This document shows, piece by piece, positions 9,145 through 20,000 of a stretch of 20,000 nt of DNA (the first letter of the stretch is position 1; each line of letters starts with the position of its first letter). The DNA comes from Chiloscyllium plagiosum (lineage: Eukaryota). The position numbers were made by a program, and so were the translations under genes. The notes beneath the pieces were generated by a model. That model was given only the letters and a program-made list of their open reading frames with translations. It searched no databases and had not been told where the DNA came from. The stretch is taken from the NCBI RefSeq assembly GCF_004010195.1, contig NC_057718.1:32363246-32383245 (forward strand). The letters are read 5' to 3'.

Positions 9145-9659
9145 TGCAGTTATCCAGGTCACCAGTGAGGCCAGTGTGCAAATTTGACCAAAGGAAGGAC
9201 ATGCTTTTGCCAGGAAGGATTGAAACAGTTGTGCACTTTGATGGGTTTCTGGGGTGAGGAGGGATGAGTAGATTGGGCCTGTATTCTCGGAGTTTGGAAG
9301 AATGAGAGGAGCTCTAATTCAAATGAATACCACTCTTAAAAGGGCTTGATAGGGTAGGCACCAAATGACTGAGGAATCTAGGACATGCTTTGCAGCCTCA
9401 GAACAAGACGTGAATCATTCGGAACAGAGATATTAAGAATGTGATTCCTTGAAATTCTCCACAGAGCTGTGAATGCTCAGTCAGTGAATATCTTGGAGAT
9501 TTTGGGGATTAAATGAAATAAGGATAGGGGGAATTGAGGCAGGAGATCAGCCATGATCTTGTTGAATGGTGGAACCAGTTCAAAGGGCAAAATGGTCTAC
9601 TCCTTCTCCTATTTCCTATATTCTTTTGTTCTTGTCTAAGACAATGTTTAGCTATTCAT

Positions 9660-9760
9660 AATAAAAGCAGAAAATGCTGAAAACACTCATCAGATCAGTG
9701 AACAACCATGGAGAGAAGAGATAAATTAGTATTCTGGATGTTGACATCTTATTAAAACTC
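9660..9760 (-). mobile_element. Highly degenerate family C-like Penelope terminal fragment
   Basis: TAAAAGCAGAAAATGCTGAAAACACTCATCAGATCAG...TGGAGAGAAGAG resembles the left arms at 4045-4110 and 17410-17465. Confidence 0.45.
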
Positions 9761-10862
9761 ATTGTGTGGCTCATCTGAATATGGAGCCTAGAGAAGCAAA
9801 TGGCAGCCATCAATCTTCTCTTGGTTACTCACTCACTCTCCCCAGTCAGTCCACCCCCAGCATCTACTGGAGGGCCCTTACCAAGAAGGCAGCAAACCCA
9901 GTGTTTTCTTTGTGCCATCACTGAGTCTCCTCTGGCAGTCTGATTGGCATTTGAAGCATGCTTGCAACTTAATGACATTGCCTAATGCAATTCAGGACTA
10001 AAGCTTCTAGTATGTTCTGCAGAAAGCAGCATGAAATGAACTTCTGCCACCCAGAGCCCAGATTAGTTTTAATAAATGAGACTTGTACTTTCAGAGAAAT
10101 GGGAGCCTTACCCAGGGAGAAACTGTCTGTTTCATGTCCTCTCCAACGTCACGATCCACGATAGTCATGTAGGACAAAATATCCTCATTGTATCTACCTA
10201 TCCAACATTATCTTTCTGAAAATGTTTTATGGCAGTATGAATGGAACACTGGGAGTGAGACTTCCCATCAGTTTTGGGGCTGCAATGTCAGGATGAATTG
10301 GAGGTCTCAAGCCTACACTTGCTGGTAACAATATTCCCGAAGACGACATGGTTTAGGTATCTTCAGAGGTGGACTTTTTGGGGCAAGCCGGGACTTGCTA
10401 AAATTAAACTAACAGCATAGGACAGGCAGTGCTGAATATCCTTGGTAATGGAGAGGAATGCTCTCTGGGAAGGAGTTTTTTGTCCACATGGGCGGCCGTC
10501 CCGTCCTGAGGCCGTGCTATTGGGGCATTGGAGCTTCCAGCTTGTCTTGCTCCCCCTTTGGCAGATGCCTGTGAGCCTGAAAGGTAATTCCCAATTGAAC
10601 CTTAAGTATTTACATTTGTTATGCACCTCCATAGAATGGGCAACCAATCTACACCCCAGTCCAATGCGGGGAAATGTTCCCAACTGCTGGAATGTGTTGG
10701 GAAGCCATTCTGATGAGGCTCCCCGCTATTTTCCAATCACATTCTCCCTACGCCCGATGCAGTCTTTGTGGGGCCAGGAAAGCTCTCCCTTGGATTCTAC
10801 GTCTCTGGGCCCAGTTCTTGTAATAGAGTACTAATGCCACTGCTTTTGATTGTACATTGTAG

Positions 10863-11162
<300 letters not shown>

Positions 11163-11196
11163 TAATTCATCTTAGGAACAACTGACTATGTCAAAT

Positions 11197-11269
11197 GCCA
11201 TGATTGAATGGCGGAGTGGACTCGATGGGCCGAATGGCCTTACTTCCGCTCCTATGTCTTATGGTCTTA
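11197..11269 (+). mobile_element. Severely 5'-truncated CR1-type LINE 3' tail
   Basis: GCCATGATTGAATGGCGGAGTGGACTCGATGGGCCGAATGGCCTTACTTCCGCTCCTATGTCTTATGGTCTTA is homologous to the 9550-9625 tail. Retained CpGs suggest a young copy. Confidence 0.8.
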
Positions 11270-11566
11270 AATCAGGAAAATACTGAGTTTTATTTGGGGA
11301 TCTGTGCTATTTTAATTCATTTTGACTCAAATAGCAGTAAATTGCAAGTACCCTCCACGTCCCTAGCTAAAAGGACAAAAGTCATTCCAGGGTTTTTGCT
11401 GGTGGCCCATTGAGCCATGCATGTGTGTGCATTGACAGAAGACAGGGTCTAACTTGGTTATGATGCACGTAAAGTCTACTTATCTGTCTACCTGACTTAC
11501 TGCTTATTGATGTTTGGTGAGTACAAGAGGCACTGCATGGAACAAGCCCTGTGACAGGGCGTGAAC

Positions 11567-12953
11567 ATACTTATAGAATCAAAGAATCCTACAGTACAGA
11601 AGAGGCTGTTTGCCCAACAAGCCTGCACCTACAAAACTACTTTAAATCTATTCTTGTCCCACTTTCCAGCACAAGGCCCATTGCCTTGGATGTTATGACA
11701 GTTCAAGTGTTCACTCATGTACTTCGTAAATTTTGTGAGGTTACCTGCTTCCTTCCAGGTAGTGCATTTCAGATTTCCAACACCCTCTGGATGAAAAACC
11801 AGTTCTTCACCTCCCCTCTAAACTTCATACTATTCATCTTAAAATTGTGTCCCCTTGTTACTAACACTTCAACCAAGGAAAACTGCTGCTTTCAATTCAC
11901 CCTGTCCATGCCCCTCATTATCTTATAAATCTATATCAGGTCTCCCTTTAACCTTCTCTATAACCTTCTCTGTTCCAAAGCAATCAAGCTTATCCAATCT
12001 CTCATCAAAGCTAAAGCGCTCCATACCAGGTAACATTTTGATGAATCTCCTCTGCGCCTCCTCCAGTGCAACCACAACCTTCCAATCAGAATTGCACATA
12101 GCATTCTAGCTGTGGCCTAACCAAAGTTTTGTGCAGCTCCCCATAACTTCCCTTGCCTTGTAATCTATGCTCAACTGATAAAGACAATATGCCTTCTTAA
12201 GGACCCCATTACCATGACCTGCCACCTTCAAGGATCTGTGGAATAGCACTCCAGGATGTCTCATTCCTCTGAGCTTCTTAGTGTCCCACCATTCATGGAG
12301 AACTTCCTTGTCTCGTTGCTTCTTCCAAAGTACATTTCCTCACACTTACTGTCCTGGGGTTAAATTCCATTTGCCGCTGATCTGCCCATCTGACTAACCT
12401 ATCCCTTTCTTCCAGTAACCTAAGAACTACTTCCTCACTGTTAACCACCCAGCCAATCCACAGACTTAATTATCGCCCCTCCACATTCTCATCTGTATCT
12501 CCTCATGAACAGTAAGTTAGCCAACTGGTCTCTGTGGCATGCCTCTGGACACCAGCCTCCACAGCCTTCTACACAACGCTCTGTCTCTTGCTATGAAACT
12601 AATTTTGGATCCAATTTACCAAGTTACCCTGGATCTCATGTGCAAATACTTTCTTTATCAGTCTGCCATCAGGTGAGATCTTGTGAAAGACTTTGCTGAA
12701 ATCCAAATACACTACATCAATTGCACTATCCTCAACTGACAACTGGTCACTTGCTTGAAAATTCAACCAGATTTGTTAGGCATGACTTGCCTCTGACAAA
12801 GCCATGCTGACTATCCCTGATTAAACTTTGCTCCTCCAAGTAGAGATTAATTCTCTCCCTTCAGAATTTTCTTAAATAGTCTACCTGCTACTTTTGCAAG
12901 ACTCACTGGTCTATAGTTCCCTGGTTTATCTCTGTCACCTTTCTTGAAAATAA
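11567..12953 (-). mobile_element. Old CR1-type LINE fragment (decayed ORF2 reverse transcriptase plus 3' UTR)
   Basis: Minus-strand peptide IFKKGDRDKPGNYRPVSL is the CR1 RT N-terminal motif. Colinear with the CR1 copies at 14874 and 18172. Confidence 0.85.
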
Positions 12954-14009
12954 GCCAAGCAAGAGGGCGCAGGCAATTGAGAGAAAAACAGAAATACCTG
13001 ATTGAAGATAATCTGATTTTTAATCTGCTCTCATACACCCACTGTTACCAGCTTCAACTGTTCCTGCAAGTCTCCCAGATACTGATCTGTTGCAGTCTCA
13101 CTAGTGCCATTCACGACATTTGTGGAAAATTTCCAAGCTGTCAATTGCAGCACTGATATGGAACTTCAGAAAATCTCTGATTTGCTCAGAGAATTATTTT
13201 AATTTTCCCTTTTAGAATATCATTCGTTACCCTGAAAGCACATGTTCTACAGTAATGTTTCCTTCAAGTGATTGCAAGGCAATGCAGCCGTAAACATCAA
13301 CTCAATAGTGCAGCTTTTGCAATGCTGATTTTTTATGGATGTGGTCCATGAGGGTAGACTATGTTTTCTCTGTTATATCCTTAAAGCATTTTTGAAGATG
13401 GACCCTCCTGTTCATTCTAACTCAAGTTCTTTCAGTGCAATATGTTAGCATGGATAGAAGGGGAAGACTGTGATCATTATGGATTATGTTAGCTGTTAAT
13501 GGTGCCTTAAAGTATTCGGTAATTCTGTTGCTAACTACTTGAGACAGACGGAGCTACTCACTTTTCTAATTTTGGAAAGTATTGAGTCATGTGGTGCTGC
13601 AGGGGTAACACTAGCCATGCCACACTGCAATGAAGTGAATGCTATGCTTAAATTTCTTAGCAGCCTTGCGTGTTATGTGCTCAAGCCTGTGGAGTAGCAC
13701 GGCATTAAAGAGCGATGTGAAGAGGCATTGACTGGATACACTGGGTCTGCATTTATGAATATGAATTAAGTGTAAAACTATTTCTTTCTTATCTAGTCTC
13801 CTGAGACTTTTTTAAAGGACCTGTGAATCTGATAAAGCAAGGCAAAGTGAATGGATGATAGAGTGATGGAAGCTCTTTGCTAGGGTGTGGGATGGATTAG
13901 TTCTGAGCAGGAAATGGTGAGGACATGGTAGAGCAGTTTAGGAAAAGCAACGTTACGTGAGTTACTGGCATGCAGCTGTGGGCTAATTTTCAAGATCCCC
14001 CTCGGGGGA

Positions 14010-14310
14010 GATAGTCATGTCGTGTCGATTAGCAATGCTGAAGCTTAGATTCATGCTCTGGGGAGATGGGTTCAAATCTCACCCTGGCAGCTGGTGCTAT
14101 TTAAATTCAATTAGTAAATCTGGAATTCAAAGCATGTCTTGGTATTGTATCTTCCATTGTTGTCAAAATCCATCTGGTTCACTAATGTCCTTTAGGGAAA
14201 GAAATCTGCCTTTCTTACCTGGTGTGGCCTATATGTGATGCCAGACTTACAGCAATGTGGTTGAATCTTAAATATTTTCTGAAATGGCTCTCAGTTCATG
14301 GATAACCCTG
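14010..14310 (+). mobile_element. Second tRNA-derived SINE family (shark SINE), diverged
   Basis: B-box GGGTTCAAATC and core CCATCTGGTTCACTAATGTCCTTTAGGGAAAGAAATCTGCC...CAGCAATGTGGTTGAATCTTAA, recognised as a frequent shark repeat. Confidence 0.65.
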
Positions 14311-14873
14311 CGTCCCCTGGTTAATCTGTTTCAACCCTGTTCAAGTGGCTGAACATTCTCTCTCTGTCTGTTAGTTGCTGTGACTCTCATGACCTGGCAA
14401 TATTGTGCAGGAGATGGCAGACTATCTTGGACCTTGACAGTCTCTCAAAGCTGTACTACAGGATACCCCCACCTTCCCTGTCTCTCACACAGGTCCAGGA
14501 ATCCAAATTCTGATTTAAAAAACACCAAATGACTGCTCAGTTGAGTCATGGATATTTTATATCTGATCTCTGACAAAATGTATTGAGTCATCAGCCAAGG
14601 TCTGTGAGGGAAATCCCTCATTTCTAGTCTCCAGCAAGTTGCTTCTCACCACAACATCGTGGTGCAGGATGCAGGCATCGTGAGCCGCTGCCCATCTTCA
14701 TAAAACATTCTGGATGATCTTATCAATGTGTATACAGGAAGTAAAGCTTTCTACAGTTGGTGGGCAGGGGACAGACTGGTTACAGCAAGAGGTTGTCAGG
14801 GATATTCAGATGATATTCCCTTGGACTAGGGAAAATCCTTCAGTAGTTACCATTCCTGTTACTTGCTCCGATA

Positions 14874-15818
14874 TAGACTCATAGAGAAGTACAGCACGGA
14901 GACAGACCCTTCAGTCCAACGCATCCATGCTGATCAGATATCCTAACCTAATCCAGCGCCAGAGACCCGGGTTCAATTCCCGCCTCAGGCGACAGACTGT
15001 GTGGAGTTTGCACATTCTCCCCATCTAAGTAATCTAATCTAATCTAATCCCATTTCCAGCACTTGGCCCATATCCCTCTAAAGCCTTCCTATTCATATAC
15101 CCATCCAGATGCCTTTTAAATGCTGAAATTGTACCAGCCTCTATCACTTCCTCTGGCAGTGCATTCCATACACGCACCACCTTCTGCATGAAATGGTCAC
15201 CCCTTAGGTCCCGTTTATATCTTTTCCCTATCACCTTAAACTAATGCCCTCTAGTTCTGGTCTCCACACCCCAGGGAAAAGTCTTTGTCTATTTATCCTA
15301 TTCATGCCCCTCATGATTTTATAAACCTCTATAAAGTCATCCCTCAGCCTCAGATGCTCCAGGGACAACAGCACCAGTTATTCAGCCTCTCCCAATAACA
15401 CAAATCGTCCAACCCTGGCAACATCCTTGTAAATCTTTCCTGAACCATTTCAAGTTTCACAACATCCTTCTGATAGCGACGAGACCAGAATTGCACACAA
15501 TATTCCAAAAGTGGCCTAACCAATGTCCTGTACAATCACAACAAGACCTCTCAACTCCTGTACTCAATACTCTGACCAATAAAGGAAAGCATACCAAACA
15601 CCTTCTTCACTATCCTATATACCTGTGACTCTACTTTCATGGAACTATGATCCTATATTCCAAGGTCTCTTTGTTCAGCAACAGTCCCGAGGACCTTACT
15701 ACTAAGTATATAAGTCCTGTTCTGATTTGCTTTTCCAAAATGCAGCACCTCGCATTTATCTAAATTAAATTTAATCTGCCACTGCTCAGCCCATTGGCCC
15801 ATCTGATTAGGATCCTGT
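14874..15818 (-). mobile_element. CR1-type LINE, 5'-truncated (ORF2 C-terminus plus 3' UTR)
   Basis: Peptides WAEQWQIKFNLDKCEVLHFG, YRTLVRPLLEYCVQFWS and VVRVWNALPEEVIEA, separated by frameshifts and stops. Confidence 0.93.
14954..15022 (+). mobile_element. Internal HE1-like SINE fragment nested in the CR1 3' end
   Basis: CAGCGCCAGAGACCCGGGTTCAATTCCCGCCTCAGGCGACAGACTGTGTGGAGTTTGCACATTCTCCCC is absent from the homologous position of the CR1 copy at about 18250. Confidence 0.85.
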
Positions 15819-17372
15819 ATGACTTGTGGAAACTGAGTTGAATTTATCACCATGTTTATGATCTGCTTTAAGTAACAGTGCACAGTGAGTATATATTGCA
15901 AATGCGAATAGTAACAGCCTGGAATTACCAAGATGAAAATTGCTTTCATGAAGAGGGCGTCATCAGTGATAAAATAATGTTAGGTGAGATAATTGTCCTC
16001 GTCTGTCAATAAAATTCAATATAAATGATTTATTGAGAAAAATATGAGCGATTCATTTGTACAGAACAAAAGGTGACCCTCTCAGATTCAACATTACGCT
16101 TCATGGGGTTTCTTTTACATTATTTAGCCATGCCATTCGTCCCGAACAATACATTGTAATGGAAAATTGCAATCATTTGTCATATGATTATGTGCAAGTC
16201 ACTTGGATGTGTTTTGCTTCTAGTTAAGTAATTATATTTTCCAAGGTGAAAGTTAGTATGTTGACTTCTATATAAAGTAAAGAAACTTTTTGTAGCTTGG
16301 GCACCCATACGATTTAAAGATCAGTTTCAGATACACTGTGAGATGTACTTTTCATCACTCCCTGCTATCCTGAGCAAACTGAATACTTCAAATGTAAAGA
16401 AATCAGAGACTTCTCAAAAACTGAATCTGTATGTGCTGCAGTTCTTGGCAATATCACAAGGGATATCTCAAGTGACAAAATTATTTCTGCCTTCTGTGTC
16501 AACTTTTCTATCATTTTCATTGAGTTTTTCAATTTTTAGTTCAAAAGATACCTCTATTTGTCAAAATGGCAAGTAGGTATAAAAATATTTTCCCCTGCAC
16601 TTGTTGTGACCTCTGTGAGTCATGTATATTTGGATCAGAAGGATAAACATGGAGCAGAAGATTGAGCAGAATATGATGCTTGAGAAACTATGCAAAGCTG
16701 CAAAATGATTTGGGTATCAACAAACAAATTATAGAGCCTTCCACTCTATTGCATCTACGTACATGTAGAACCATTTCATGTGCACAGAACAAAGGAGATG
16801 GAACTCATTACAAGGCAAATTAAAATGGGCAGGGATCAGTGAGTGTTGGAGACGCATAAAATGCATTTCTCATGCTGTATAATCGAAGGGTTGGCAACTC
16901 TGATGTAAGTGAATAAATAAAAGCAAGACTGTTTCAGGACTTGCCCTTGGGCTCTTTAACTGAATAGCTCTGAGCACCTTTTTTGGTGGGTTAGCATATG
17001 ACTGACTATTGTAATGATGCCATCATTGGAAATTATTTGGATTGCTAATTTAAATTAATGAGCACAAATTGTGATTATAGATAAAACGAACAGATTTTTT
17101 GTGTTGCTTGTGACCAGAAAATCAGGAATGGCATGCTATGCAGGTAGAGGTGTCTATCGTAACTCACTTAATCAAATATTTTCTCATCTGATTTCCTCAG
17201 TCAAGAAATACACCAGAATTAGATTTAGTCCATACACCAGCATGCACAAAGGGAATGAACAAAATCCAGTTTATATAAAACTAACTTATAATTTGAAATG
17301 ACAGGTTTCTCATCATTTTTGTATTCTTTTGCCAAGGCTTTTTAACCAATACTAAACTCTCTAAGTTTCATA

Positions 17373-17509
17373 AATACCGAAAGAACTGTGGATACTGTAA
17401 ATTTGAAACAAAAACAGAGGTTACTGGAAAAGCTCAGCATCTGTGCAAAGAAATCAGCGTTAACATTTCAGGTCTGGTGACCCTTCCCTAGAAACATATA
17501 CTCTGATTT
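17373..17509 (-). mobile_element. Penelope-like terminal fragment, family C, with degenerate hammerhead
   Basis: 16-bp TSD CTCTCTAAGTTTCATA (17357-17372) / CTCTCTGAGTTTCATA (17510-17525). Minus strand reads CTAGGGA-A-GGGTC-acca-GACCT-GAAATGTT. Confidence 0.72.
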
Positions 17510-18400
17510 CTCTCTGAGTTTCATACCTGGTCTATCATGACTCATCTTCATTTTGTCTTGCATTTCTTTTTCTTTGCTTTTGACAGCAGGCTTAAGCAAA
17601 CTAAGCCCTGTCTGAGGAGTAAGTTGTAAATACTAACTCGCAAGGTGAACGACCCGGTATTGCTCAACATTTCACTGTTTTCTGCAGCTGTCAACTGAAC
17701 CAAAGTACTCATTCCTTTCCACTCGATATCAATATGTACTCATTCCCATGGCTTTATTGTGTTTGACTACGGAATAGAAGGAATTTTGATTGTATCATTT
17801 CTCAACTGTTCACCAACTGTTCAATATCTTTAACTTTAGATGTCAAATTAGTTTCTTGCTACAATTTTTAGACTGACATCTCGAGTGCACTTGATGAAGC
17901 TCCTCTTACATTTTTCTCTAAACATTGGTGGAATAATGAATAATAAAGGTCATAGGAGATAGCCTAGATCCAGTCTTCGTTCATTTCTATGTGAGACATA
18001 TTCTTATAATTTTTTATTGCCATGAAAGGAGTAAGAATCAATTCTAATGCTTATATTACCATATATAAATATCTATACTTTTAGTGGTTTGTTTAAAACA
18101 GACAGACCAATGAAGACGGCTGCTGTAATCATGTAACTGGACTTAGCAAAAATCTTCCGGAAACTTCTCAGGAGTCATAGAGTCATAGAGATGTACAGCA
18201 TGGAAACAGACCCTTCTGTCCAACCCGTCCATGCCGACTAGATATCCCAATCCAATCTAGTCCCACCTGCCAGCACCTGGCCCATATCCCTCCAAACCTT
18301 TCCTATTCATATACCCATCCAAATGCCTCTTAAATGTTGCAATTGTACCAGCCTCCATCACATCCTCTGGCAGCTCATTCCATACACGTACCACCCTCTG

Positions 18401-18590
18401 NNNNNNNNNNNNNNNNNNNNNNNNNNNNNNNNNNNNNNNNNNNNNNNNNNNNNNNNNNNNNNNNNNNNNNNNNNNNNNNNNNNNNNNNNNNNNNNNNNNN
18501 NNNNNNNNNNNNNNNNNNNNNNNNNNNNNNNNNNNNNNNNNNNNNNNNNNNNNNNNNNNNNNNNNNNNNNNNNNNNNNNNNNNNNNNNNN
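18401..18590. other. Assembly gap (190 N)
   Basis: Run of N inside the CR1 element. Confidence 1.
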
Positions 18591-18846
18591 CTCTGACCAA
18601 TAAAGGAAAGCATACCAAACACCTTCTTCACTATCTACCTGTGACTCCACTTTCAAGGAGCTATGAACCTGCACTCCAAGGTGTCTTTGTTCAGGAAAAC
18701 TCCCTAGGACCTTAACATTAAGTGTATAAATCCTGCTAAGATTTGCTTTCCCAAAATGCAGAACCTCACATTTAACTGAATTAAACTCCATCTGCCACTT
18801 CTCAGCCCATTGGCCCATCTGGTCCAGATCCTGTTGTAATCTGAGG

Positions 18847-18939
18847 NNNNNNNNNNNNNNNNNNNNNNNNNNNNNNNNNNNNNNNNNNNNNNNNNNNNNN
18901 NNNNNNNNNNNNNNNNNNNNNNNNNNNNNNNNNNNNNNN
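18847..18939. other. Assembly gap (93 N)
   Basis: Run of N inside the CR1 element. Confidence 1.
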
Positions 18940-20000
18940 CCTCTGTCTTCTACCTTTGAGCCAGTTCTGTATCCAAATGGCTAGTTCTCCCTGTATTCCA
19001 TGAGATCTAACCTTGCTAATCAGTCTCCCATGGGGAACCTTGTTAAAGCCTTACTGAAGTCCGTATAGATCACATTTACTGTTCTGCCCTCATCAATCTT
19101 CTTTGTTACTTCTTCAAAATCTCAATCAAGTTTGTGAGACATGATTTCCCACGCACAAAGCCACGTTGACTATCCCAAATCAGTCCTTGCCTTTCCAAAT
19201 ACATGTTCATCCCATCCCTCAGGATTCCCTCCAACAACTTGCCCACCACCAACGTCAGGCTCACTGGTCTATTGTTCCCTGGCTTGTCCTTACCACCTTT
19301 TTAAACAGTGGCACCACTTTAGCCAACCTCCAGTCTACCAGCACCTTACCTGTGACTATCCATGATCCAAGAATCTTAGCAAGAGGTCCAGCAATAACTT
19401 CTCGAGCTTCCCACAGAGTTCTAGGGTACACCTGATCAGGTCCTGGGCATTTATCCACCTTTATGCGTTTCAAGACATCCAGCACTTCCTCCTCTGTAAT
19501 ATGGACATTTTGCAAGATGTCACCATCTATTTCCCTACAGTCTATATCTTCCATATCCTTTTCCACAGTGAACACTGATGCAAAATACTCATTTAGTATC
19601 TCCCCCATTTTCTGCGACTCCACACAAAGGCCGCCTTGTTGATCTTTGAGTGGCCCTATTCTCTCCCTAGTTACCCTTTTGTCCTTAATGTATTTGTAAA
19701 AACCCTTTGGATTCTCCTTAATTCTATTTGCCAAAGCTATCTCATATCCCCTTTTCGCCCTCCTTATTTCCCTCTTAAGCATACTCCTACTGCGTTTAAA
19801 CCCTTCTAAGGATTCACATGATCTAACCTGTCTAAACCTTACATATACTTACTTCTTTTTCTGAACCAAACCATCAATTTCTTTAGTTATCCAGCATTCC
19901 TTATACCTACCAACCTTTCCTTTCACCGTAACAGGAATATACTTTCTCAGTATTCTCGTTATCTCGTTCCTGACGGCTTCCCATTTTCCAGCCATCCCTT

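Larger units (their letters stand above)
8545..9625 (+). mobile_element. Old CR1-type LINE 3' fragment, interrupted by two Penelope-like insertions
   Basis: RT C-terminal-like DNA (AATTAGGAAG...GAAGTCTTACTGCAATTATCCAGG...GTGAGGCCA) and a CR1-type tail GATCAGCCATGATCTTGTTGAATGGTGG...AATGGTCTACTCCTTCTCCTATTTCCTAT. Confidence 0.75.
18172..20000 (-). mobile_element. Relatively young CR1-type LINE (ORF2 RT region plus 3' end with 8-bp tandem repeat), running off the window
   Basis: Peptides ENPKGFYKYIK, KCPGPDQVYPRTL, DWRLAKVVPLFKK and WQMEFNSVKCEVLHFG. Terminal GAGTCATA tandem repeat. Confidence 0.95.

Noticed and set aside
11340..11540. Possible ancient Deu-domain SINE remnant
   Set aside because: The resemblance is too vague to support without an alignment.
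19261..19782. 173-aa ORF as a host gene
   Set aside because: It is a frameshifted CR1 ORF2 segment.

Overview
Eukaryotic vertebrate DNA, almost certainly from a shark or other elasmobranch given its repeat content. The window holds three consecutive internal coding exons of protein kinase C epsilon (PRKCE) on the + strand: 2855-2951, 7120-7325 and 10863-11036. They encode the V3 hinge and the kinase N-lobe, with canonical AG/GT sites and compatible phases. Everything else is intron, filled with CR1-type LINE fragments, HE1/V-SINE-like tRNA SINEs and two assembly gaps. The most notable signal is a set of about seven short Penelope-like terminal-repeat derivatives from three families. Most are fold-back palindromes, five are flanked by readable 9-16 bp target-site duplications, several carry minimal type I hammerhead ribozyme motifs, and all seven point their long arm antisense to PRKCE. 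One + strand hammerhead core is intact (8771-8805) and sits inside an 83-bp-arm palindrome. Separately, removing one insertion rebuilds an unexplained minus-strand reading frame of about 287 codons with only two internal stops. Family names come from recalled sequence knowledge, not from a database search.
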